A stretch of DNA of 64,000 nt from Moniliella sp. 'wahieum' (taxonomy: Eukaryota): positions 496,001 through 560,000 of the forward strand of contig RSEE01000026.1 in NCBI GenBank assembly GCA_003971905.1. Reading direction: 5' to 3'. The number at the start of each line of letters is the position of its first letter. Position 1 is the first letter of the stretch. The position numbers and the translations under genes were made by a program. The notes beneath the pieces were generated by a model. That model worked only from the letters and a program-made list of their open reading frames with translations. It did no database searches and had not been told where the DNA came from. Positions 49,165 to 62,600 of the stretch are shown here, one piece after another.

Positions 49165-50031
49165 CTTACACTTACACCCCCCAGCCCACCGTATATGCAT
49201 CTCTTGCTATCGTGCGGCTTTCGCTGCGCGCCTTGGATCTATATTGCCCTCGATGTCTTATATAATCGGAACTTGCCCTCCAAGCTGTCATAAGCGTTTT
49301 TTAAGACACATTTTTAAGACACAAGATGTATAGCAAGCCGTAAATCCCGCTGGGTCTCACCGTGGCAGCTGAGTAACAACAGAAAGGGGCGGCGGGGTTG
49401 ATCTGCCTCAATATAGTACCCTCGATAAGCATTTCGAGAGTTTCAGTATGGATACGAGTTGGATTTGAAGTTCGGCCTAGGACGACCACATCTTCCTGCT
49501 ACCATGGATCGGTAGCAGGCCGCACCGGATTGGGTGAGGTGGCATGGGTTGCTGACTCCGAGGTGCCAAGGACGGCGGGGCGTACCGCCTTTCGCCTTTC
49601 TCATCTCTCAGCTAAAAGCTGCTATATTCACGCTCATCGATGATTTTTGTTGTAGCGTGCGCGTGATTCTCACAAGTTCGTCCTCGTCGAAGTGTTCCTC
49701 TTTGCCACCCTGCGGCCTGATGGGTCGGGGCACGGGGCGTGCGTGAAGTGGCGTTGCGGATGCGCTCGGAAGGGTGGATGGGAGGACGATCCACCGGACA
49801 ATGCGGGATGCGTACGTACTCGATACACAGTCACCGCCTGCGGAAGCCGGCCGCAGCCAGGGGCAGGCCAGGGCAGGCAGGCACCAGGCGACGACCATCG
49901 GTGTCCGCTGACCGGACCCCCCTGCCTGCGGCGACTATTTCAATGTTCACACGTCAACCCGCGTTCGGCTGCTAAAAGGCGACGAGAGACAGAATGCAGC
50001 CGCCTGCTCTCTCCCTCCTCCTGCCGCCGCC

Positions 50032-51924
50032 ATGGCCTCCCTCCCCAACCCACCCCCCCGGCAGCCTCTGCTGTGTGGACGCGCGGCGCTGCCCCCCCCC
50101 TCCTCCTACCCCCTCCACCCCTCCGACCCTCCGATCACGACACCAGCACGACAGCGAGCGTGCCGACATCGTCTATGACCTCCAGCCCCACAGCGTGGAC
50201 CCACTCCCCCTCTTCCCTCTACTGGCGACAGCGCCAAGGACTCGCTCCTTGAGCCATCCAATCTTCTACTTGAAGGCAGTTACGGTTTCATCCCTCCTGC
50301 ATCTGACCTGGCGCGGCATGACGACGACAATGTGTCCATCGACGATGCCTATCCCACGCCACCTCTCCACCGGCTCCTTTGCCTCCCTCTCGTACCCTCC
50401 CCCCAGTCAGGCTGCTCACGCAGGAGACGATGACGATGACGCTGACGTTGAAGCGGATGACGACACGGAGCGCGACATTGCCTTTGCCACCCATAATCTT
50501 ACCGCCGATGAATTGCGTGAGATGATGGATGAGCAAAACCGACAACGCAGCTTTCCTTCGCGCGTGTGGCACCTCATTCGCTCTTCGTTCTACTACTGGT
50601 TCCCGCTCCTTCTCGAGTCATCCTGGATCGCCCGCGCTTGGATTGCGATGGCTGTCCCGAGGCCGCAGCCAACATCACCATTGAGATCATCCTCTTTCGA
50701 CGATTCCGTCATCGCCGAAGCGAAAACGATTACCAGAGCATCGCCGCCACCCTTCCCACCTTTGTCGCTGCCTTTGCCTTGGCACACGCATACAATGTCG
50801 TGCTTAGCATCGACGCCTGTGTCAACAAGAATCTTATCATGATCTGGGGCATCATGCTGTTCAATGCGTGCATGTTGGTCTATGCCGGCATCCAGACTTC
50901 GGAAATCAGCAAAGTTCTTTCTCATGGCGTCAAGGGCAAGCCGATCAACCACGGCATTCCAGCACACGTTTACACGAGCTTGACTGCCGCCGTGATTGGC
51001 CTGTCGTTGGCCGTCTACCTCGTTTTGAGCTATTTTCTCCGAAAAGAATTCGGTGGCCGCATTGTACCGCATCGTCAGCGCCTCGATCGATCTGCGCAAA
51101 CGTTTTGTCGACTACAACGTCTACGTAGTGCTTTGAGTACGATCCTTCACCTCCCTCCCCCCCCTGTACCCCGATCTCCCTGGGCCTTCAACTGACCTCC
51201 CGTTGATGCACAGAGTTTGATCTGTTCATCTTTTTTGCGTTTTGCGTCCAACTAATCATCGTGGTCCTGGACCAAGGCCACAATGTGGAGCGCATATCAC
51301 CATCATCGCCACACCATTGTCCTTCGTCGCGGTGCTACTTGCTCTGTGGGCTGTGCGGGTGGAGAACAAGCCGTTCATGTACATTTGGATTGTGGGTCTC
51401 CTTGTTGGTATGGCCTACTTTATCTTCAAGCTGATCCGAATCTGGGTACTGCACAATGCTTCGGACCAGTCCAAAGACATTTACCGTTACACGTACGCAC
51501 CTTTTTCATTTCCTTTTTATCCTGCTGATCACAGCAACCTGCTACTGATGCTGACGCTCTCTTAATCTTGCCTGCCAACTGTAGCTTCAAGTCCCTTACC
51601 GTGTTTGCTGCCTTGGCGTTGGCTTTGTTGATCACCTCGGTGGCCATGGCCATCCGTTGTCTATACAACTTTGACCGCGGTCTCAAAATGGTCATTGTCC
51701 GCTCCCACCTCAGTCGCAGCGTAGAGGCACGCAAAAAGCAAGAAATGCGACGCCGCACGCGACATCAGAAACTCCGGGGGGCAAAGCGGACACTAGCTTG
51801 GAGCTGCAGAACGTGTCGCCGCCATGACAATCGATCATGGCCCGTCAGTGCCGTTACTGTCTCTTGTGTCTCCCCATGGTGGGGCCTGCTGCCGCTACAT
51901 GCGCCTACGTATGGGACACATTGA
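50032..51924 (+). CDS. Multi-pass membrane protein, UPF0658 (fungal Golgi membrane protein)-like
   Basis: TLPTFVAAFALAHAYNVVLSIDACVNKNLIMI..YAGIQ, LRKEFG, WAVRVENK, YFIFKLIRI, KSLTVFA, RCLYNFDRGLK. Start and stop are uncertain because of indels. Confidence 0.72.
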
Positions 51925-54900
51925 GGCCATGACTGTGAGTCCTCCCCCTTCCGCAGTTCTAATGTCAGAGATTGAATCACGATACCCCCCCCTCCCCTTT
52001 GCCTCGGGGGATGTAAGCCTAGGCCTGCCCCCCCCCCCTCTTGTTTGTATATCTTTTGAATTGGAAACATGTCGAGTAAAAGCGCTGTGATACGATCCGT
52101 CTGCTCCTTCGGGTGTGCATCGTCCAAGGAAGCTGGCAGCCGGCTGCCTGGATCCCGTGAGTGATGGTGAAAGCTCCTCAAACGACAATTCAGATCGACC
52201 GCGGTACAACGCGGATGAGAGATACCCTGGCCCTTACTAAGCATTGATGCCTGTAGCAGATATTGCTGGCTTGGCTGGGGTGGCTTTCGCCTCCGCCTTC
52301 TCTCTGCATCTCCCACGGCTTGGTAATCGAGCCGACCACTGTGGGACCCCGCTTTCAGTGTGATTTCCCCCCTCCCCTCCCCTTCAGACTAGGAGGTTCT
52401 GTCTGTGGAGCTGGGCCTATGGACGTCTCGAAGGTCTCTTTGTTGCCACGTTACCCACCAATGTCTTTTGCCTGACTCGTAGATGTGAAAGCTAGACCTA
52501 GAGTTGCCGCGCGCAGGCCAGCAGGCCACGTGTACATTCCTGTCCCACTGCTTGCTCTGTCCTCTTCGCCGCACCTCTCCTTCCCCCTTCCCCTTCTTCT
52601 CACTCACCTCGTTACTTGATTACTACTCGCTGATCGTCTGTGGTTTATAGAGACTAGGTGTCTCAGGTCAAAGCCTTCACGCGTCGCTACAGCTGTCCTC
52701 ACATCCCCTCTGGCTTGGTCTTGGCCTCCATCGGCATTGGCATGGGGCTATCTCGCTTGATTCAGTCTTGGCGCTCTGGCGTAACCTAATGGGGCAAAAG
52801 GAAATCACGGACGAGACCACAAGTTGAACGATCGAAGGCTCGTTTCGGCACTATGAGTTGGTGGTCGATCTCCAACGCAGGCGTACACACGAAGTGTGAA
52901 CCCCCTTGCAGACTTTTGCGAGGTTAGCGAGTAAAGTAACTAACTAGCGCTCCATTCTGCGCAAGCGCAGACTTGTTGTCAAAGGCCTCTATGAGTGACG
53001 GATCACACACACATTCCACAGGATGTGGGTTATGCTTGTTCTAGATCTTCCTTGCCCCTTTGTGTCTCTTTCCCTCATCACGCGTGGCCTACCGTGTGAT
53101 AGCTTATCCTTCTTTCTGGTATTAAGGCGCCATTCCCATGCAGCCTGAATGAATACCTGTCGGCATCCGAAGCAATTTCCCTTCACACTGAGGAAAGCAT
53201 AACAGACCGGCTCCTCACGATGCATCTTCCGATGAAGTCGTACTATAAAATACGGTGTAGGGTTCATATGCTTCTCCCCCGCACTGCATAGCCGCGGCGG
53301 AGTCGTGGCACTGTTCTCGTTACCCCCCCTCCGCGTCTCCAACTGGTATAACTGATGCTACTTGGTCTCTCGCGCACCCTACTATGGGAAAGAGAGTCAG
53401 GGTTAACATGTACACAATGAAGCGTTTAAACCCACAAAGGATCCATGGCCATGTGGCTCTTTATCTGAAGTAGGTGTTGGACAAGAAGGACGGTTCTGGC
53501 CTTTGCTTCATTCTCATAGTATTAACGCAAACCCCTCCTGTGACCGATCTGGTGCATTGAACTATGATTGGTACTATGTTTTGGCCCAGGCCCCGTTCTG
53601 AGGGTCTGCCCGGAAGCAGTTATACTCTGATGCAAAATAGGACAGAAGGGTCAATCACAGTATGCTCGTGCTTGGGCGGGGCTTCGTGAATCCAAGCGGA
53701 GCTGGGAAGAACGAGAGGTTTCTCTCGGTGTGTAGCATAGGCAGCTGCTCCTGTGGCGCTGCCCAGCGTAGCAACCGGCGTGAGTAATAGTCTCGAGGAC
53801 GGTTACAAAGGAAGGAGGGGTGACAACCACTACCCGAACTTGGACTGTAGGAGGGACCCTGATTGGTACAGACTGATGAAAGATGGGACAAAAAGCTCCA
53901 AACGTAATTGCATCCGGGAAAGCCAACATATAAGAGGATGATATGCTCGAACTGAGAGACACTACGGGCCTCTTCTTGAGCTCTCATACTTCACTGGCCG
54001 GCATAGTGCCCTTGATCTCCACCATGGCAAAAATCTTTTTTTATGAGATCCACAGTATACTGGCGCTTACCGGATGGGTTTCGGGGTTAATCAGGAGGCC
54101 AGTGAAGTCAATGAGGTTCTTGAGCGATGCGTCGGTCAAGTTCCGCTTCTGTTCCCTCTCCTTGTTTGAGCCCAGGGAGCGTCTTAGTCTGATTATCAAT
54201 TACCTCTCTTATTGTCATAGCACAGCCCTCTAACACGGGTCAGGACATGACTTGCGGATCGGCATTAGCACAGGACTGAAGAGGGTAGCGCCTGAGTGAG
54301 CATGGTTGGCAAGCACAGAAGACCGGCATGACACGCGCGACAAGCTAAAGCTAACGATTGTGAGTTGTTGAGACCTCCTACTGGTGGTGCCTTTAGTTGG
54401 CTTGGACGGGGCGCTCCTCCTCACCCTTCCTTACCACCACTAAACCACGTAGTAATGCAATCATTGTATCACCCTCAAGACCAAATTCCAGGATCCGCTT
54501 CAGGTCACAGAGTTTTCAATAATCCTTTTGCTTTGTTAGCACTCATCCATTAGAACCAGAAGGTGATTTCGTCGATACTCATGGTCGCTGTTCGAAATTT
54601 ATCGTTCAGTCACGAGCCTGGATAGACCCCCCCCCCCCCCTTGCAAGATCGTAATGAAGCGGACATTCCCAGACTCGGTTTATTTGCCTTCGCCGCCCTT
54701 CGAAGTCGTCATAGCTTTGTCTGTGCCCATACACAACACTGAAGCAGAGCTTTTATATACTCGCTTCGAAAACCTCAGCACAGCCAGTTAACAATCCTAT
54801 AGAGAACGCGAGTGATTTGAGGTCAGAAAAGTATAACCACTTCATGGATGGTATATCCGTACTCTGGCATAATGCTCCCGAATTCTCCTTGTCCCGCATC

Positions 54901-57167
54901 CGTTTTTCTTGTGCGTGTATTGGTTTGGTTTCGCATCACCCTTACTCTCCGACACTAGACAAACGGGATTCCGAGAAAGCGCTGGGCCGGAGCAACTCAT
55001 CATTTCATGCTGTTATGGGCGAACAGTGTTCTGGTCCAGAGACTCGACTGTTGCTTATGGGATGAGGGGTAGGACACGAGCATCGCTTCATGATCAGGGT
55101 GGTGTTGGCATTCCACACTAAGAAGCCATTGATGATTTGTGTTCTATCCCTGGCTTCGAAATGGGCGACTACATGCTTACGTCTTTCGACACAGGGTAGT
55201 AGGACCATCGAACTATTTGCCATGCAACAAAATACATGTCATGGATTCCGGTACTTTTCTTCGGGTTATTTCTAATAGAAGAATTATGGACTAATCGACG
55301 AGACAAACACCGAATGGCGAAGATAATATTACTGGAGTGCTACTTGAGAGCACTCGCAATCATCTATGGATCAGCAGCAAAGCAGCCTTTATATATTGCG
55401 TGAAGGTAATCGTGCGAGGCTACAACTGTTCAAGCAATGATAAGTCGTGGTGGGCCTCGGCCAAGGGCCAAAGAATGAATGAACGGGAAACGATGTCTCC
55501 AGGCCCTCTGGTTAAAAAGTGAATCAAAACCATAATTGGTAAAAGACGTTGCCAAATCGAGGGAAAAGAAACACGATATGGAGATCAGGACAAAGCGTCG
55601 AAAGCCTGACTTGTCTCTCGTTACCAGTGTAGCGCTAGGAGAGTAAGCAGCTCAACTGCCTCTACTCTCTCCAGCGTGGAGGCAGCTTGATCAAGACAGG
55701 TCGAGATGGGGAACGATAACAATTGAATCTTGTTGATCGGGTGAACTGAGGTTGACGTCTATACCCTTCGAAAATGAGGGGACCATATTCCGTAAGTCAC
55801 ACGGAGGCATATAAGCTGAAGAATCGCAACCCCCGGTTCCGCGAATCTGGTTACTGTGGATAGTCTGATCCTCAGATTTCACATGAGCAGGCGGGTGCTC
55901 TTGTTCGTTCGGTGGAAAAATCATCGTGAAGGGCATAAACCATTTGGTGGGCCTTGGTTCTTCCCATGATTAGAACTGAGTTCACATGCACGTTTGATGT
56001 CCGCCGGATACACATAATGCGACCATCTTCCCTGCCTAATTACTTTGAATTCTACATTCACGACCTGCGGTTAAATGATCAAGTTGTACTAGTTCCGGTC
56101 TCTTGCACTTTCGTTGTCGGTCATCAACGTGGTTTCTAACCTTTTAAGCATATGCGGTCATGCTATGAGGGTGTATTTGATAATTGCATAATGCCTCTCG
56201 TGCAAGAGAATTGGACGTGAAATGGGCGTTGAGTCATACATCATGGGTAATCTACGTGACGTTTGATACTTAAACTCTCACTGCTTCGACAACACAGAGT
56301 CTTTGTCAAACAAATCGTTTGCACTGAATTCATTTCAGCCACTTTTGTGGAATTGGCTGACTAAAGTCACCGAATTACTAGAGGGTTGCCTTTCACAAGG
56401 TATATAAGGAGAAACGCTCACATCCTGCTCATGGACAGATCGAAGATCCATATGCTGGAGGTGATACGCTTGTGTAGTCTTTTGTATCATAGCAAAGAGG
56501 ACAGGCAAATCATGGACGGGCACTGTTAACGGGATATCATATTGTTAGTTGGAAATGGTGGACAGAGCGCCAGTACGATTCTACTTCGTATAACCAGCTA
56601 CCATTTCCTGGGTACCTCTTTAGTTACAACGCTGAACGTATTTTCCAATTTAGACAGGATGGGCTCATGTCAGAGGAATTAATAGCCCAATGCAATTCTG
56701 TGGAGGAGGGTTTCCACCAACACTTGTGATAGGAACATGGGACTGTGATACTCGGTTGACTACCAATGTGACAGGGGTGAAGACGGGCTGGCAAGCCCAG
56801 CGGGAGCCTACGGGCGCCCCTCGCGTTCCTGACCCCCTTCCCCAAGGTTTGGATTCGATCATCTCAACTGAGGCCCCTCCGCTCTTCCCACCAATAGAGC
56901 ACGCCCCTAAATTCAACTCCAAGTTAGATCGTGACTGGCAAGCGCCCCAGTTCTACGTATCCGCGCGACAATGGCTAGTCGCCTCTTTCCACAAGTGAAT
57001 TGGTGACTGCCCCATGGCCTCCCAATTGTGAGTATTTTCCTTTGCGACATTAGTCGCCGCGGCCCTGTTTACCTTCCCTTCTAGATTGCCCGTCCGCATC
57101 CGTCTCCCCTATTTTCTGATGCCCCCCGTTCCTCCTCTGTTGCCTTGTTGCTCTCTTAGTCCTTGTC

Positions 57168-57338
57168 TGTTAGCAATGGGTCGCGATATTCCTCCTCGGT
57201 CCATTGGCGTCCTCCCCCTACTCTCCTCGTCAATTGATCAACCCTGGCAGTACAGGCAACTCATCCTCTTATATTCCTCGAGCTCCCATCTTCAGCTCTC
57301 CCTTCCTCAGTCCACACACCGTTCGCGCGTGCCTAACA
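57168..57338 (+). mobile_element. Possible isolated LTR (171 bp)
   Basis: Perfect 6-bp inverted termini TGTTAG...CTAACA, an internal CTTATATT and a pyrimidine-rich 3' part. No TSD or partner seen. Confidence 0.35.
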
Positions 57339-58200
57339 GGTGCCACGCCGAAACCCAGTTCAGTTCAGTCGGGTGTGATCCTCTCCTACAGCCACGCCCC
57401 CAGTCCCAGTCCAGTTCCAATCCAGCATCTGATGTCCTCCACTGCCTCCTTCCCCTTCCTGAGCCCGAAGGCTTAAAACACGCTACTGACTGCTGCTTAG
57501 CCTTCAGTGCCTTGCCACATTGGCAGCCGCCGCTGCTATACGCCGAGAGACCTCTCCTTGTCCCTAGCTCCGCTCGGACCCACCAACCAGCCCAAGCGCG
57601 TGACTATCGTGAGTCGACCTTAGGACCCTCCAAGGGAGTGTAGACGGAAGGAAAGCTGGAGGACGAGGTCAGCAATAAATATGGTAGCGAAGGGGAGAGG
57701 AGGGTGCATATACTGAATCAATTGGGTGGAAAAGGGGGCAGGGACAGGAAAGGCGGGAAGGGATGAGAAGGGCCGAGAAGGGAAGGTGGGGAAAAGGCAC
57801 CAACCAGGGGTACCGGTTAGATCAGAAGGGAAACCGGATACAATAAGGGGCCGTGGAGAAGGAAGAAAACATATCCAAAGAGGGATTGGGTGCCGAAGGC
57901 GCAACAGAGAAAGTAAATGAATTGGTGACGGGGCGACGGTCATCGCAAACATACTGGAAACTTGGTGGCCTCATTTAGGCCAACCGACTTGGACTTGGGC
58001 GGGGGCTACTATTGTCGCGCAGATGCATGGCCACTCTTCGGGCCACTTTATACATATGGTTTATCCAACCATCTCGTCTAATGACTATCCTGCTGACCCA
58101 GCGATTCCCTAAGTGCAGTTAGGCAGTGGTAGAGAGAAGACAGGAGCTGGGTTGAACCCAGACTGAGGTTCAGAAGAAGAAGGAGTATAAGGAGAAAAGG

Positions 58201-58236
58201 AGAAGAAGGAGAAGAAGGAGAAGAAGGAGAAGAAGG
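58201..58236. repeat. (AGAAGAAGG)4 simple repeat
   Basis: Read directly. Confidence 0.9.
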
Positions 58237-59604
58237 AAGAGTGGCACACGGCCAGTAGAGGATAGGGATACTCAGCTGGCGTGGTGCCCGGATGAGTAAG
58301 ATGGTCAGGAGGGCCTTGGAGGTGGCTGTGGCCCAGACTTCGGAGGGCGGACTACTGGGCAAGAACAGAGCAGGCGACGGTCCTTAGCTTGGATCAACAA
58401 ACCATCTTGGATCCACCGCAGCCCGTAGAAGCCATACGGAGACGCATAGACGGCAACTAATGCGTTCATGACACAACACCAACAGCGCTGTCAAGATGTG
58501 AGTGAGAGAAAAGTCCACAGAAGGAGTTACTCCAAACCTCGATGTGGTCACAATGAGGGTGCCAGCAGTCAATGACCAGTAGTCAAAGTACTTTGAAAGC
58601 AAAATACACATTTTCACTTTGCTCTCCTGATCTGGGTACTCTATGCCGCCAGTGTAGGTGCGGTCTGGCGTCATTGCTTGAACAAGCCTTGGCTTGCACT
58701 TGTACCCAGTGCAGCAGGTTTAGTGCGGTGCAGACTATAAGGGAGAGCCGGCTTCGCACCCGGGGACACCGAGTCCATTCCGGGACACACTGGCACATAA
58801 GGGAGATGAGATACGGCTTTGGTGGAAGGTGAGGAGCATGCGGAGGACCGAATGATGGAACCCCGTACATTCGGAGGATCAGCAATGGAGGTGAACCACG
58901 CCTTGTTAGGCTCGGGCACAAAGGAGGTGATCGTTGCGCACCGGAAGGTGGTACACGAACTGGGACCGCAACGCCGTTGTGGAACGCCGAGAGAAGGAGC
59001 TGCTTCAACTGTTGGAACAAGTGGAATATAACAAGTACGTCAAATACCCTGGATACACGGATCCGCTTTTTTCCCCTTTTCGTCATGACGACGCTGCAAA
59101 AGATAGTACTAAGCCACCAAAACGGTATCACAAAAAGTGTGTGGGCACTGGAAAGAACGTAGTCTTCTTTCTCTTTGGAGAGTTTACGTTCTTATCCCTC
59201 CTACTACGTTTCGTGTTCTGTTGTTATGTCGGCCTTATACGCCGATCCTGCAACCGATAACTCTCGCTACCTGACGATACCTCTTGCCGCGCCTGTTGAC
59301 TGGCGTCGATCGCCTGAAGGATCAGAGGCTCCCATACCATAACTTGCTGTGCCGCGAGGGTGAAATGGCACCTTACCGAAATGAGTTTCATGATTGTTGA
59401 CCTTCCATTTGGCTCTTCCATGATCGCTGCCTCTGCCCGTGTCCTATATCATCTATCACCTGAGACTCGGACACATTCGCATGGGAAATGACGTCGCTCT
59501 AAGGATGTGAGACGAAGATCTTGGTCCTAGTAGTTCTGTAGTGGTCATCGTCCACTGCTCCTGCGATAAACAGTACCTCGTAGTGATCTGTATTTTCTCT
59601 TCCT

Positions 59605-62600
59605 TCACCTACCTACCAAGTCAAATCGCCTGCCCGCAATGCGTATCCTACCTTCCTTCTTCCTTCCTTTTCTGCAGCGAGAAAACACATGACAATGAAT
59701 GAAGAAAAGAAACGACACAACTCCAGTACGACGAAGAGGGATAGGGATAGAGATAGAAAAAAAGATCATCAGAAGATCATCAGAGATGGAGAGCAACGAT
59801 GGAGTGCGAAGATGGGGCCGAGAAGATGGGGAAAGAGACAGAAGCAAAAACAAACAGAAACAGAACAGAAACAGAAAATGAAACAGAAACAGAGACCGGG
59901 ACGTAGACGGGGGAAAAATCAGATCTCAGGCGAGCTCAAAGGACTCACCCAACGTGCTGGCCTAAAGGTGATCTTACGAGGACTGGTACCGGGTGTGTGT
60001 GTACGGTCGCGGTGGGGACGCCGACGCGGTCGTGTGCTGGAAGTTGATCTGCTGCGACGTTGCGCGCGCATGGGAAGCAGACGGGTTAACAGGGTGCGAG
60101 CGCGGAGGCCGTCTCCAAGCGCCGGCGGGGCCGGGGCCGGGGACAGGGGTGGTGGTAGAGGCCGTCGGTGCACCGGGGGCCTCTTGGCCCTGTGTGGGGG
60201 CCGCCGTGGACGAGAGGACGTAGGACCCATGTGGCTCATTGGCAGGTGCCTGTCCCAGCTGAGGGCACGTCAGTGGGTGACCCCGTATGCTGGCCAAAAG
60301 GCCCGGCGCGAGCGGTGGGCGAAGGCAACGAAGGTGGCCACTCGGTACTGGTGGTAGGGAACGGCGGTGGGGGGAGGAAGGAGCCACTGTCCTTGGTGGA
60401 GCGAAGGGACAAATGGGATCGAGTGGGGTCCTTGTCTGATGCTTTGGTTTGTACTGGCGAGGAGGAAGTGAAGCTGGGTTGGAGACGAGGGAAGCCGAGG
60501 CGAGGCGGGTAACATTCTCCCCAGAGATGTATCGGGGGGCGCCAGGACTCTTTCGCGGGGAAGTGGCGGTGGCAGGGTACCGGTTCCGCGTCGCTGTTGG
60601 GGAGGAAAGCGGATGGTGGCGGAGGGTACTGTTTGGGTTGTCCCGCGCTCGGGGAAGCCACTTCGGCCGCGGGTGGGGTTTGGGTGGAGGAGGCAACGAG
60701 GTGGGGGGGGAGGAGTGGGTTGACCAAACAGGCGGTCCATAACTGTTTCCTAGCCGAGACGTTGGGACCCGGGTACGGTCCATGGATCTGTGGCAGCTCA
60801 TGACGACCATCGAGGTCGTACAAGTTAAGTTCGGTCAAGGCGCGTGCGCCCTTGACTTGGAGCGGGTACGGATCTTTGCCCTCGGCAGCGAGCAACATGG
60901 CCTGGCCTCCAACGCGCGTGCGCGCCGTACGCGTTTCCGTGCCTCGGCCTCTAAGCCGCGCATAAGCTGGGCATGCACTACCTCTTTCTTCTTGGTCTTG
61001 TCACCGCCAATCCAGATCAACAAGCCGGCCAGCGCATTGCACGAGAGCGAGCAGGAGATGATGGCCGCGGTCAGTGCGTGGGGCGGTGGTGGTGGTACTC
61101 GATCCCCCATGTCACACCGCACAGGGCGATCTGGAGACAAGAGTGCATGTCGGAGAGGATGACGATCGCGATGGCCAGCTTGGCACTAACGCACGATGGG
61201 TCTCCGTTTCGTGGTAGCGGTAGTAGGTGAGCGAGCGGAACTTGCGCTGTTGATATACCAACTGACTTTCTTCCGATAAAGACAGCACGGCTGGTTCAGC
61301 ATCGCCGGAACAGCGTATGCCACCCGGCCCTCTTGCCCCCACCAGTACCGCCGCCCCAGTAGCCAGGGCGTGGGCCGTGCTCTGCTGCGCCTGGGGTCGT
61401 GCTGTGCAACGGCACCACCGTTGCTAGGCGAGCGGATAACTTCCGTCCGAAGGCAACGTGACCAACAAGTTCCCCGGCGTACCATCCGCAGGAGAAACGT
61501 ACGTCACTTCTTCTCCGGGAATGATCTTTGGTGCATGATACTCGGACCGGGAGCGGACCAAAATGCGCGGGCGCACCACGGTGGGAGGGGTGGGCGTAGC
61601 GGAAGAATGCGGGCTTTCCTTGTTCCACAAAGCCGGGACCTGTGCCCCATCGAGTTTGGCACCAGGATCCTGTTCGGTAGCGAGGGCGAGATGAGGCATC
61701 TGCCCAGGCGGAGGTTGGTACTCATCCGGGTAGTGAGGGAGGGGATGGACGATCCGTGTGTGAGGGAGCGAGGAACCTGAGGGGTGTTGCGCCGCTGACG
61801 GATGAACGGAGGCACGGACGTGGGCAGGTGAGGGCGGAGGGTACTGAACCGACGAGTCGTTGCTTTCCACAATGTGTGTGGTCGACCCATCTGGCAGGGC
61901 CATCCTACCAGACTGATGATCGTTGTGCGGGGTCCAGCTGGTCACCACCCCCATGGGCGTGGGCGCGGGCGAGGCCGAAATTGTGATGGGAGGAGTTTGG
62001 GTATGGGACAGTCTTTTGAGACTCTTGCTTGGCCGCAACATGCGCGTCACAACGTTGGGCTTGTGTACGGGCGGGTTGGCCAGATCGACGGCGTGAATGG
62101 CACTGCCCATGGATTGGAAACTGACGTTAGACTCTGAGGGGTGGTGATGCGTGCGCCGCCCCAACTCGTTCACGGGCGAGTTGGCGGCACTCATTCGATA
62201 CACTGGCGAGGTGGCTGTGCCATGAGCAACCGCTACGGCCACTGCGGCCGCTTCCTCTTCCACGCGCATCTCAGCTTCGGCCGCAGTTTTGTGATGAACA
62301 CGGTCGTGTACGCCCGCCGCATCCTTCGCTTGCTTTTTGAGGGCACGGCGCTGCTTTGGAGTCATGGTTGCCTTGCGGTCAATCTTGTGAGCCTTGTTCT
62401 TGGCCTTGAGTTTGGCCACCTCATCCTCTGCCGCTTGAGCCGCTTCTGCCGGAGGGAGGTGACGGCGACGATTTGTGTCGTAGAGACGATAGGCATAGGA
62501 CCTGGGAATGTCATTGTTGTCCGGGAGGGGCAGCATACCGAGTTTTGTCCTGCGTCGAAGGGCCCGGCGACGGAGCATGGTAATGCGGAACATGCGATAC

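Noticed and set aside
54860..54905. Protein-kinase Gly-loop-like GQGEFGSI on the minus strand
   Set aside because: No downstream VAIK, HRD or DFG motifs found; probably chance.
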